From Sphaerisporangium sp. (lineage in GTDB: Bacteria > Actinomycetota > Actinomycetes > Streptosporangiales > Streptosporangiaceae): 64,000 nt of DNA. The first letter of the stretch is position 1. Each line of letters opens with the position of its first letter. The stretch spans positions 53,029 to 117,028 of the forward strand of contig JAOPYI010000193.1 in the NCBI GenBank assembly GCA_025964675.1. Reading direction: 5' to 3'. The translations under genes and the position numbers were made by a program. Below the pieces are notes generated by a model. The model was not told the origin of the DNA, made no database searches, and saw only the letters and a list, made by a program, of their open reading frames with translations. Positions 23,408 through 32,339 of the stretch are shown piece after piece.

Positions 23408-24486
23408 AGTTCTGCTTCCTGATCCCCTCGGCGTACGGCATGCGTGGCGACACGCGCGCCGTGCTCAACCTCGCCACGGAGCTGGCGTCCCGGCACGAGG
23501 TCGAGATCGTCAGCGTCAGGAGGGTGCGTGAGACCCCGTTCTTCCCTGTGGACCCGAGGATCTCGCTGCGCTGGCTGATCGACGCGAGGCCTGGTGTCCG
23601 TCACCTGCTGCCCCGCGGCCAGATACGCACAGAAGTGGCCCTCTGGCGCACCCTGCGCGGGCTGCGCTGCGACGTGCTGGTCACCACCAGGCCGGGTCTC
23701 AGCGTCCAGGCCGCCAGGCACGTACCCCGCGAGATCGTGCGCATCGCGCGCGACTGGAGCCGCCCGTCCGTGCCCGGGCCCGTCCGCCGGTTCTATCCCA
23801 AGCTGGACGCGGTCGTCACCTCCACGGAGACCACCAGGGAGGAGTTCGCCCGGCTCCTCGAGGGCGCGGGCAAGCCGCCCGTGGAGGTCATCCCCGACGC
23901 CCTTCCCCCGGAGCCGTGGCCGCGCTCCCGCATGGACAACCGCATCGTCTCGGCGGGAGGCCGGTGGCTGCCCGGCAAGGCGTTCGACCGGCTCATCCAC
24001 GCCTTCGCCGTCGTGGCGGACAAGCGCCCCGACTGGGGGCTTCGCCTGTACGGCGGCGGTCCGGAGGAGAAGCGGCTGCGGGCGCTGGTCGGCGAGCTGA
24101 ACCTCCACAACAACGTGTACTTCATGGGCACCACACCGGACCTGCAAGGGGAGTTCGCCAAGGCGTCTCTCGTGGCAGTCACCTCGCACGCCGAGACGCC
24201 CGGCATGACGGTGATCGAGGCGCTCGGGTGCGGCGTCCCCGTGGTCGGGTTCGAGGGGTCGCGCGGGCCGGGCGAGTTCGTGACGCCGGGCCATGACAGC
24301 GTGCTGGTGCCGCAGGGGGAGCACGAGATCGAGTTGTACGCGTCGGCGCTGCTCGGGCTGATAGACGACGAGCGCCGCCGTATGGTGCTGGCCGCCGGCG
24401 CGCTGGAGTCGGCCGCCGGGCATGCCGCGCCCGCCGTCGCCGCCCGCTGGGAGAGGCTGGTCGAAACACTGCGTCCGGGGATCTGA
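23404..24486 (+). CDS. Glycosyltransferase family 4
   Basis: GT-B fold features: GRWLPGKAFD, LRLYGGG, EX7E motif ETPGMTVIEALGCGVPVV. Confidence 0.9.
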   Translation: MKFCFLIPSAYGMRGDTRAVLNLATELASRHEVEIVSVRRVRETPFFPVDPRISLRWLIDARPGVRHLLPRGQIRTEVALWRTLRGLRCDVLVTTRPGLSVQAARHVPREIVRIARDWSRPSVPGPVRRFYPKLDAVVTSTETTREEFARLLEGAGKPPVEVIPDALPPEPWPRSRMDNRIVSAGGRWLPGKAFDRLIHAFAVVADKRPDWGLRLYGGGPEEKRLRALVGELNLHNNVYFMGTTPDLQGEFAKASLVAVTSHAETPGMTVIEALGCGVPVVGFEGSRGPGEFVTPGHDSVLVPQGEHEIELYASALLGLIDDERRRMVLAAGALESAAGHAAPAVAARWERLVETLRPGI

Positions 24487-24532
24487 GGCGCGGGCCGACG
24501 TCCGGGAGCTGAGATGCGGCGTCCCATCGAGG

Positions 24533-24553
24533 GATACCCCGAAGAGGTATCGT
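24533..24553 (+). promoter_or_regulatory. CsoR-type operator overlapping a -10 element (likely leaderless transcript)
   Basis: GATACC-CCGAAGA-GGTATC (24533-24551); TATCGT (24548-24553) lies 7 nt before the ATG, with no RBS. Confidence 0.7.
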
Positions 24554-24560
24554 AGACATT

Positions 24561-24842
24561 ATGCATGGGTACAGCGGAGACAAGCAGGCTTATCTAACCA
24601 GGCTTCGGCGGATCGAGGGACAGATCCGAGGTCTGCAGCGCATGGTCGAGGAGGATTCGTACTGCATCGATATCCTCACCCAGGTGTCGGCCGCCACGCG
24701 CGCCCTGCAGGCCGTGGCGCTCGGGCTCTTGGAAGACCACATCGGCCACTGCGTGGCGGACGCGATCAACACCGGCGGGCCGGAGGCCGAGGAGAAGGTC
24801 AAGGAGGCCTCGGCGGCCATAGCGAGGCTAGTGCGCTCGTAG
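24561..24842 (+). CDS. csoR: CsoR/RicR-family metal-sensitive repressor
   Basis: RLRRIEGQIRGLQRMVEEDSYCIDILTQVSA...EDHIGHCV; C-H-C ligand set present. Confidence 0.93.
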   Translation: MHGYSGDKQAYLTRLRRIEGQIRGLQRMVEEDSYCIDILTQVSAATRALQAVALGLLEDHIGHCVADAINTGGPEAEEKVKEASAAIARLVRS

Positions 24843-24956
24843 CGGTTTTCCACGCTTTACCGGCCCGGCCGGACTAGTCCCTGAGATCGGCCAGGAGTCG
24901 TTTCGCAAAACCGTCCCGAACCCGGGAGGAGTCCGGGACCAGTTCCGCGAGCTTCT

Positions 24957-25118
24957 TCATCGACTCATCGACGTTCGTAATCCGAGCGCGTTGTCGAGCT
25001 CATCCAAGGTCAGCTGTTGCTCGCTGACAGCGACGGCGCTGAGCACCTCCGCGTAGAGCGCGATCTCGTCCAACGCGACACGGTCATGGACCCGTGAGTC
25101 CAGGTAATCGTGCCCCAC
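24957..25118 (-). CDS. Small hypothetical protein (53 aa)
   Basis: GTG start preceded by an AAGGAAGGA RBS-like sequence; HDYLDSRVHDRVALDEIALYAEVL...LTLDELDNALGL reads as an amphipathic protein. Confidence 0.65.
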   Translation of the reverse strand: MGHDYLDSRVHDRVALDEIALYAEVLSAVAVSEQQLTLDELDNALGLRTSMSR

Positions 25119-25348
25119 CGCGTCGTCCTTCCTTCCGCAGCCCACACCCACTTCGAGGTTACGACCGGGTTGCCTGCGATGACATGGCCCATCGGGACCA
25201 TTCGCGAGGGCAATCCGTGTCCCCGTGGAACCATTTCCCCGTTCCGAGATCACAATTCAGCCAAATCCCCATAAGGCTGGACCGGGAATGATATACGCGA
25301 AGTAAGTATGGAATAACCCAATAAAGCGTTTAGATCATGGCACCTTGG

Positions 25349-26701
25349 TCAGGTGTGACGAATCCATTCCGATGAGGTACCTGGGACTCCAGGCAGTGGG
25401 TCGTCGCGCTCGTGGATCAAGCAGCTCACCGTCGCCGCGGACGTGGGGAAGCCGCGGGGAGGCGGCGCCGTACCCGTCAGGGCGCACCAGGCGAGGCCCG
25501 TCGCGTAGCCCGCCCCCAGCAGCGCCGCCGCCGAGCCCCGGTCGGGCGGCCGGAGCGCGTCCGGCGGCTCGCCGGCCCGCGGCCAGCAGCCGCGCAGCGG
25601 GTGGCGGGGCTCGGCGAGGGTCACGTAGTACGTCTGCCGCAACTCGAAGTCGAGCCACGGGTAGAGCTGTGTCGCGACCTCGGGCGCCACGTCGTGGACG
25701 TCGGCGGCGAGCAGCGACGCGGCCACCGCCCGGGGATCGGCGCCCTGGGCGGTCACGAACGACAGCGCCCCCACCAGGTCGTAGACCGTGTGCCGGAAGT
25801 GCTCGCCCGCGGAGGTCTCAGCCAGCAGGGCGGCCCTGAGGTGGGCCGGGCAGCGCGCGAGCCAGGCCTGCCGGATGGCCGGGGCGTCCCAGGCGGGGTG
25901 GTCGAGCCACGGCCGGGCCCGGAGGGGCTCCACCATCGCGAGCAGGGCGGCGGCGCGGGGCCCGAACCGGGGATCGGCGAGCAGCACGCGGGCCGTGTCG
26001 GCCACCAGCCCGGCCAGGCGCAGCGCGGCGCCCTGCGCTCCCCGCCCCAGCCGCTCGGTGTAGAGGGCGATCAGCGCCTCCAGCGGCGTCGGCGGCAGCC
26101 ACCGCACCCACTCGTCCCCGGGCAGCGGGCGCGCGAGGAACTCCCCGAACATCGACAGCAGCACCTCGTTGCCGTCGAACGCCGGGGCGTAGGCGCACCA
26201 CATGATGGTGCCCCACACCGCCGCCACCGTCGCCGTGACGTCCGAGTAGAAGAGTGTGCTGAGCGGCCCCACCACAAAGGCGAACTCCGGCTCAGGGACG
26301 CGGTTGGCGTGCAGCAGCGCCCGTATCTGCTCGGTGACCTGGCGGGGCACGTCCGGGCCGACGAAGGCCTGGGTGGATCCGCGGTCGTAGGCCAAGTCGG
26401 CGGCCGTGGGAAGCAGATGTGCGGGGACCGGCGGCGCCGGATGGACGGGACGCGCGGCGGCCCGTGCGCGGGGGTCGGCGGGCGGGGCCGACAGATGCCA
26501 CTCCCCGTCCGCCCGGTCGTGGCGGTGCCAGCGGGCGTGCGAGCCGTACAGCCAGCATCCGCCGTCCGGGGTCAGCAGAAGGCGGGCCGCCATGGCCTGG
26601 GCCTGAGTGGGTGCGGACACGTCGGCCCAGCGCGGGTCCGCGACCATGGCGCGGACATCCCGCTCGATCGCGTCGAAAGGGTCCCACTGCACGGCCGCCA
26701 T
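25349..26701 (-). CDS. Hypothetical protein (about 450 aa) with a Trp-rich N-terminal module
   Basis: Long ORF with codon bias; LTPDGGCWLYGSHARWHRHD..DGEWHLSAPP followed by a Pro-rich linker; no family recognised. Confidence 0.7.
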   Translation of the reverse strand: MAAVQWDPFDAIERDVRAMVADPRWADVSAPTQAQAMAARLLLTPDGGCWLYGSHARWHRHDRADGEWHLSAPPADPRARAAARPVHPAPPVPAHLLPTAADLAYDRGSTQAFVGPDVPRQVTEQIRALLHANRVPEPEFAFVVGPLSTLFYSDVTATVAAVWGTIMWCAYAPAFDGNEVLLSMFGEFLARPLPGDEWVRWLPPTPLEALIALYTERLGRGAQGAALRLAGLVADTARVLLADPRFGPRAAALLAMVEPLRARPWLDHPAWDAPAIRQAWLARCPAHLRAALLAETSAGEHFRHTVYDLVGALSFVTAQGADPRAVAASLLAADVHDVAPEVATQLYPWLDFELRQTYYVTLAEPRHPLRGCWPRAGEPPDALRPPDRGSAAALLGAGYATGLAWCALTGTAPPPRGFPTSAATVSCLIHERDDPLPGVPGTSSEWIRHT

Positions 26702-26792
26702 GCTACTGGTGGGACCCCACGGGTTCCGGCATGTCCCACCGGCGCCACACATCCGGTACCGAAGGCAAGGACCCGTGCGCTCGCGGGGGCGA

Positions 26793-27356
26793 TCAGGCGG
26801 CGGGCAGCGGCGAGGCGGCGCGGTGGAGCGCGGCCTTCGCCATGTAGTTGTCCGGCGTGCGGGCGAACGTCGCGCGGTCGCGGTCGGTCAGCTCGCGGAC
26901 GATCGTGCCGGGGACCCCGGCCACCAGCACCCCGGCCGGGATCTTCTTTCCCGGGGTGACCACGCATCCGGCCGCGACCAGCGAGCCCGCGCCGATCCTG
27001 GCGCCGTTCAGCACGATGGCGCCGATGCCGACCAGCACGCCGCTCTCGATGTGGGCGCCGTGCACCATGGCACGGTGGCCGAGGCTCACCCGGCTCTCCA
27101 GCACGGCGGGCAGGCCGGGGTCGGAGTGCAGGCAGCACAGATCCTGGATGTTGCACTCCTCGTCGACCTCGATGGCCTCGTCGTCGCCGCGCAGCACCGA
27201 GCCGTACCAGACGCTCGTGGCCCGCCCGAGGCGCACCCGGCCCACCACGACGGCGGTCGGCGCCACGTAGGCTTCGGGATGGATGGACGGCACGCACTCG
27301 TCCAGCGCCGCGATATACGGCGAGGCCGCGGGGCCCGGGAAGGTCGGCTCGCTCAT
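26793..27356 (-). CDS. Gamma carbonic anhydrase family (hexapeptide repeat) protein
   Basis: SVWYGSVLRGD, NIQDLCCLH, SLGHRAMVHGA, GVPGTIVREL. Confidence 0.93.
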   Translation of the reverse strand: MSEPTFPGPAASPYIAALDECVPSIHPEAYVAPTAVVVGRVRLGRATSVWYGSVLRGDDEAIEVDEECNIQDLCCLHSDPGLPAVLESRVSLGHRAMVHGAHIESGVLVGIGAIVLNGARIGAGSLVAAGCVVTPGKKIPAGVLVAGVPGTIVRELTDRDRATFARTPDNYMAKAALHRAASPLPAA

Positions 27357-27539
27357 GTCATCGATGATCTCACGGGGCCTCCGCCGGTTTCCCGGCCTTA
27401 CTACTGGTAGGCACTCATCCGACCGGAAGAGGTCAGGCGTTCGGGTTGCGGACTTCGGCAGATGGCAGGAAAGTCGTGTCCTGACGTGTCGTTACCAAAG
27501 CACTACCCCCACTCGAATCCAGACCCCCAGGGCTCAGCC

Positions 27540-28781
27540 ATGACGAACCAGCACGACAGCTTTCCCGACATGATGCACGAGGACCTCGGTTTCGAGGTGG
27601 TGATGCGTGGATACAGCCGCCGCCAGGTCCACGATCACATGGTCCGAACTCGTAACCAGATCCGTGACCTAGAGGAACGGCTGGCGCGGGCCATCGATCA
27701 GGCCGAGCAGGGTCGCGTCGAGCTCTCGGAGGCCCGCCGCCGCCTGGCCGAGGCACCCCAGGACTACGACGAGCTGGGCCAGCGGCTGAGCCAGATCCTC
27801 AAGCTCGCCGAGGAGGAGGCGATCTCCAAGCGCGAGACCGCCGACATTGATGCGGCCAAGACCCGTGAGGACGCCGCCGCCGAGTGTGAACGCATCCTCG
27901 CGGCCGCTCAGGGCGAGGCGGAGCGTTTGGTCCGCGAGGCGACCGCCGATGCCGAGCGCCTGCTGGCGCAGGCGGGCTCCGACGCCGAGGAGACGCTCGG
28001 CGCCGCGCGTGCCGAGTCGGACGACACGCTGCGCAACGCCCGCGCCGAGGCCGACAGGGCACTCACCGCCGCCCAGAACGAGGCCGAGCGGCTGATGGCC
28101 GAGGCCAACGCCCACGCCGAGGCGACCCTGGAGTCCGCCAGGACCGAGTCCGAGGCGACGCTGAAGGTCGCGAGGGCCGAGGCCACCGACGCGCTGACCG
28201 CCGCGCAGGAGCGCGCCGTGTCGCTGGACGAGCACACCGGCCGCCGGGTGACGTTCCTCACCGACACCCATACCGAGGTCATGCGCCGCCTCAGCGAGAT
28301 GGGCTCCGTGCTCACCGACCTGCTGCACCGCGAGGGCACGGCAGGGGCGCTGATCGACGAGTCCGCCGTGCTGCCCATCCGCCCCGAGGTCGGCTCTGTC
28401 GACGACCTGCGCCAGGGTGAGGGGCCCGCGGCCGAGGAGCTCGAGTCGGTGCGTGTGGTCCTCGACGACGCGGACGACGACGAGTACGGCTCCGCCGACG
28501 ATGTCCACCTCGCCGACGGCGTGCGCGCGGGGAACGACGTCCATCAGCCCCACGACGACGCGGACGAGGATCCCTACGCCCCGCATGTCCTGCACGACGC
28601 CCATGAGCTTCAGGGGCCGCAGGACACCATCGAGGTCAGGGACCGTGACGACCACCATGGGAACGACCACGAGGTGCCCGCGAAGGGCCGGATCCGTGGT
28701 TTTTTCGAGGACAGCGAGGTCCACGTGACCCAGGCGCCGGACCCCGCCGCCGGTGACGGGCTGCCCGCCCACCGGCAGTAG
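27540..28781 (+). CDS. DivIVA-domain coiled-coil protein (FilP/Scy-like) with an Asp/His-rich tail
   Basis: GFEVVMRGYSRRQV DivIVA motif, long Ala/Glu repeats (AEA.R...A...A), acidic disordered C-terminus. Confidence 0.8.
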   Translation: MTNQHDSFPDMMHEDLGFEVVMRGYSRRQVHDHMVRTRNQIRDLEERLARAIDQAEQGRVELSEARRRLAEAPQDYDELGQRLSQILKLAEEEAISKRETADIDAAKTREDAAAECERILAAAQGEAERLVREATADAERLLAQAGSDAEETLGAARAESDDTLRNARAEADRALTAAQNEAERLMAEANAHAEATLESARTESEATLKVARAEATDALTAAQERAVSLDEHTGRRVTFLTDTHTEVMRRLSEMGSVLTDLLHREGTAGALIDESAVLPIRPEVGSVDDLRQGEGPAAEELESVRVVLDDADDDEYGSADDVHLADGVRAGNDVHQPHDDADEDPYAPHVLHDAHELQGPQDTIEVRDRDDHHGNDHEVPAKGRIRGFFEDSEVHVTQAPDPAAGDGLPAHRQ

Positions 28782-28806
28782 ACGATCACCCAGGCGGCGT
28801 CGCCTG

Positions 28807-28845
28807 GCGGAAACCTCCGCCCCCGATCGGGTCGGAGGTTTCCGC
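28807..28845. terminator. Hairpin between convergent genes
   Basis: GCGGAAACCTCCG...CGGAGGTTTCCGC, 13-bp stem. Confidence 0.75.
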
Positions 28846-28872
28846 GCCCCTGTCGCCGGCGTCGCCCGCCGA

Positions 28873-29097
28873 TCACGTCTCGCGGTCGATTGAGGAGATG
28901 CACTCCTGCTGCTCCAGCAGCCTTTCGCGCAACCCCTCCGGATCATCGGCGTCGATCGTCATCGCGCCACCCGCGTCGCGTTCCTTTTCGGTGAGCAGGT
29001 GATGACGGGTGGCCCACCATCGCCCCGCGTCGCTCCTCCAGATCGTCCAATCGGGGAACTCCCGGGCGATTTCGGCGAGGTGCCGGTCAAACGACAT
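28873..29097 (-). CDS. Small Trp-rich hypothetical protein (74 aa)
   Basis: MSFDRHLAEIAREFPDWTIWRSDAGRWWATR...TIDADDPEGLRERL; GGAAGGG RBS-like sequence upstream. Confidence 0.75.
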   Translation of the reverse strand: MSFDRHLAEIAREFPDWTIWRSDAGRWWATRHHLLTEKERDAGGAMTIDADDPEGLRERLLEQQECISSIDRET

Positions 29098-29222
29098 CCC
29101 GTCCACCCTTCCCGCGACGAGGGCCAGGTTTGTACCGTTCCCCCTCACGTTGAGGGACATCTCTAGAGAAATCAATGTTCGAGGTAGACAGGTCAACCTA
29201 ACGCTTGATGTCGTGGCTTGAC

Positions 29223-29975
29223 TCAGGCGTCGAAGTCGTACTGAAGTACGTACGACGCGGCATCCATGATCATGGTGTTGAGCTCGACCGCCATGCCTGC
29301 CGAGGCGAAGGCCGACCGGCACACCAGGATCACCGGGGTGCCCGCCGGCAGGTCGAGCCTGGCGGCTTCCTCGGGCGTGGGCATCCTGGCACGGACCTCT
29401 TCGGTGAAGTGCACGGGCGCGTGCCCGAGGTCGCGGAGCCGGGCGTAGACGCCGCCGGGGCCGGTGTCGGCCGCCGTGATCGGTGACCCGGCCACGAGAT
29501 CGGCCGGAAAGTGGGAGGCCGAGAGCTGCACCGGACGGCCGTCGACCGAGTAGCGCCGCCGCCGCACCCAGACCTCGTCGCAGGACAGCACCCGCGCCGC
29601 GTCCTCGGCGGCCGTCTCCAGCGTGATGGTGACGTCGTCCACGGCGTACGGCCGGCCGGTCGTGTCGGAGTCCCAGATGGCCCTGCCGCTGCCCCACTGC
29701 TCCCGTGACAGGCGGCGGGAGCCGTGCCGCCGGATCGGCCTGAACTGCCGTACGTAGACCCCTGACCCGCGCCTGGGCACGGCCACGCCCTCGTTGATGA
29801 GGACGGCCAGCGCCTGCCGCGCCGTGGCGCGGGCTATGCCGTACTCGCTCATGATGGCGTTCTCGCCCGGCAGCCGGTCCCCATCACGGAACTCGCCGGC
29901 CAGGATCGCCTGGCGCAGGCGATCGGCGATCCGGCGATAGATCGGGGGTTCGTGAGGTATAGGGGATTCCATCAC
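29223..29975 (-). CDS. GntR-family regulator with UTRA domain (HutC/KorSA-like)
   Basis: PIYRRIADRLRQAI..G.RLPGE...YGIARATARQAL..L..EG...RRGSGVYV plus UTRA (RRRRYSVDGRPVQL). Confidence 0.92.
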   Translation of the reverse strand: MMESPIPHEPPIYRRIADRLRQAILAGEFRDGDRLPGENAIMSEYGIARATARQALAVLINEGVAVPRRGSGVYVRQFRPIRRHGSRRLSREQWGSGRAIWDSDTTGRPYAVDDVTITLETAAEDAARVLSCDEVWVRRRRYSVDGRPVQLSASHFPADLVAGSPITAADTGPGGVYARLRDLGHAPVHFTEEVRARMPTPEEAARLDLPAGTPVILVCRSAFASAGMAVELNTMIMDAASYVLQYDFDA

Positions 29976-30123
29976 GCTCTATCACCCTCAGTCACGAAAG
30001 CGGTCCGCGTCTCCAGAGAACTTGCCCCGCCTTGTCCACGATCGCACAGATACTCAGGTTGGTCCCGTGCTTCTTTTGAGTGGATCGTACCCATGTGGTG
30101 ATCTTCGGGCTTTTCGTACTTCG

Positions 30124-30663
30124 TTACTGTGGACCGGTCCCAGCCGGCGCCGGGGTGGCATGCCAGGGCCTGGTGACCAGGCTCGCCAGTACGGCTCCCG
30201 CCGCGTTGAGGAGCACATCGTCGCTCGACGACACGCGTCCGAGGCTCAGGCCGTACTGCAGCGCCTCCACCGTGACCGAGAGGGAGGCGGCGAGTAGGGC
30301 GACGCGCCAGAGGCGGGTGAAGCGCGGCGAGCGGATCGGCAGCAGCGCGCCCAGCGCGGCGAACACCAGAAGGTTGCCTCCGACCTGCGCGAACGCCGCC
30401 CCGGCCGGTCCCTTCACCAGCTCGGCGAGATCGCGCAGGGGTACGAGGCTGACGCCCGGCGCCGCTCCGGGAGTGAGGATCATCCACAGCCAGGGGACGG
30501 TGCCGGCGACGATGAACACGTCGGCGTAAGCCGTGCGAGCCGGGTGCGGACGGCCCCGCCTGGCACGCCGTCCGGCCAGCGGGCGCGCCGCGAGAAGCGC
30601 GGCAGGCAGGCACAGAAATGTGGCGAGGACGATATATCCCCAAAGATGCCATTCGAGCCGCAT
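30124..30663 (-). CDS. VanZ-like membrane protein
   Basis: SLVPLRDL, QVGGNLLVFAALG, VEALQY, GRVSSSDDVLLNAAGA. Confidence 0.88.
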   Translation of the reverse strand: MRLEWHLWGYIVLATFLCLPAALLAARPLAGRRARRGRPHPARTAYADVFIVAGTVPWLWMILTPGAAPGVSLVPLRDLAELVKGPAGAAFAQVGGNLLVFAALGALLPIRSPRFTRLWRVALLAASLSVTVEALQYGLSLGRVSSSDDVLLNAAGAVLASLVTRPWHATPAPAGTGPQ

Positions 30664-30780
30664 GGCGGACATCTTTCCGGATGGCGTTCTGTCGCCGGGA
30701 AGAAATCCCGGCCTGCGCAGGTGACAGGAAGCTGGCTCTGGAGGAAGGCCGCTCGCTCCGCCGCCTGCCCTCGAGGTGTA

Positions 30781-30846
30781 TTGACAGGGGCCTCACCTGG
30801 GACGCAATCTGTTGCGCATGGCGAGTCCCGTTCCGTCATTCACAAC
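30781..30846 (+). promoter_or_regulatory. Promoter with tandem operator upstream of the Rieske genes
   Basis: TTGACA (30781)-N18-CAATCT; GTTGCG-CATGG-CGAGTC (30811-30827) and GTTCCG-TCATT-CACAAC (30830-30846). Confidence 0.7.
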
Positions 30847-30861
30847 TGAGGGGTAGTCGCG

Positions 30862-31221
30862 GTGATTCCAGCGTGTCCTCTCGCGGCTCTGCCGCGGGGC
30901 GAGGCCTACCGGCTCGACATCGATCCACCCGTCGCCGTCTTCCACACCGACGACGGCGAGATCTACGCCGTCGACGACACCTGCACGCACCAGGACGCAT
31001 CACTCTCCGACGGGTGGCTGGAAGGCTGCGAGATCGAGTGCCCCCTGCACTCCAGCCGCTTCGACCTGCGGACCGGCCAGGTGGACAGCCCGCCCGCCAA
31101 GCTCGCCGTGCGTACCCATGGCGTCGTGGTTCAGGACGGCATGGTCTACGTCGTGCCGTCCGGCGCGCCCCCCAACCTCCCGCCTGGCGTCACGGCGGGG
31201 CGACCGAGGAGTGACTCGTGA
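30862..31221 (+). CDS. Rieske [2Fe-2S] ferredoxin
   Basis: DTCTHQDASL...IECPLHSSRFDL (CXH...CXXH). Confidence 0.93.
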   Translation: MIPACPLAALPRGEAYRLDIDPPVAVFHTDDGEIYAVDDTCTHQDASLSDGWLEGCEIECPLHSSRFDLRTGQVDSPPAKLAVRTHGVVVQDGMVYVVPSGAPPNLPPGVTAGRPRSDS

Positions 31222-32327
31222 GCAGCCTGCTCGCCACCCTTTCCGGCGGTCTTTACACCGACGAGAAGGTCTTCGCCCTCGAACAGCAGCGCATCTTCGA
31301 GTCGATGTGGTTCTGCGTGGCCAGGGCAGGCGACCTGCCGAAGCCCGGGGCCTTCCGCACCGTCCAGGTCGGGCGTGAGAGCGTCATCGTGAGCCGGGCC
31401 AGGGACGGCTCGATCCGCGCGTTCCTCAACGTCTGCCGCCACCGCGGCGCCCGTCTGTGCACGGAGGAGTCCGGCGAGGTCCGGCGGGCCTTCCAGTGCG
31501 CCTACCACGCCTGGACGTACGACCTCGAGGGCAAGCTCATCGCGGCGCCGAACCTCACGAAGATGCCCGACGTCGACCGGGTGGAGTACGGGCTGGTCAA
31601 CGTGCACGTGCGCGAGTGGATCGGTTACGTCTGGGTGTGCCTGGCCGACGAGCCTCCCTCCTTCGAGGAGGACGTGCTAGGCGCGGTCGTGACCCGGCTC
31701 GGCGACCTCGCCTCCATCGACAACTACGGCATCGAGAACCTCCAGGTCGGCCGCAGGATCGTCTACGACGTCAAGGCCAACTGGAAGCTGATCGTCGAGA
31801 ACTTCATGGAGTGCTACCACTGCGCGACGATCCACCCCGAGCTGACCGAGGTGCTACCCGAGTTCGCCGACGGGTACGCCGCGCAGTACTTCGTCGGCCA
31901 CGGCGCCGCCTTCGGCAACGGCGTCGAGGGCTTCACCCTCGACGGCTCGCCGGGGGTCGACCGCATCCCGGGCCTCAGCGAGGACCAGGACCGGCGCTAC
32001 TACGCGATCACCATCAAGCCGCAGGTCTTCATCAACCTCGTGCCCGACCACGCGATCGTGCACCGGATGTTCCCCATGGCGGCCGATCGCACGGTCGTGG
32101 AGTGCGACTGGCTTTTCCTGCCGGAGGTCGTGGCGAGCGGCAAGGACCTCGGCCCGTCCGTCGAGCTGTTCCACAAGGTCAACGCGCAGGACTTCGACGC
32201 GTGCGAGCGCTGCCAGCCGGCGATGAGCTCCCGGGCGTACGCGAACGGCGGCGTGCTGGTGCCGAGCGAGCACCACATCGCGGGCTTCCACGACTGGGTC
32301 GCGGGCCGGCTCGGCCTGAGCCGGTGA
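31218..32327 (+). CDS. Rieske oxygenase alpha subunit, probable glycine betaine/N-methyl amine N-demethylase (GbcA/BmoA-like)
   Basis: NVCRHRG...CAYHAW, NWKLIVENFMECYHCATIHPEL, QDFDACE; context of betA and sox genes. Confidence 0.88.
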   Translation: MSSLLATLSGGLYTDEKVFALEQQRIFESMWFCVARAGDLPKPGAFRTVQVGRESVIVSRARDGSIRAFLNVCRHRGARLCTEESGEVRRAFQCAYHAWTYDLEGKLIAAPNLTKMPDVDRVEYGLVNVHVREWIGYVWVCLADEPPSFEEDVLGAVVTRLGDLASIDNYGIENLQVGRRIVYDVKANWKLIVENFMECYHCATIHPELTEVLPEFADGYAAQYFVGHGAAFGNGVEGFTLDGSPGVDRIPGLSEDQDRRYYAITIKPQVFINLVPDHAIVHRMFPMAADRTVVECDWLFLPEVVASGKDLGPSVELFHKVNAQDFDACERCQPAMSSRAYANGGVLVPSEHHIAGFHDWVAGRLGLSR

Positions 32328-32339
32328 CCGGGGAGGCGC

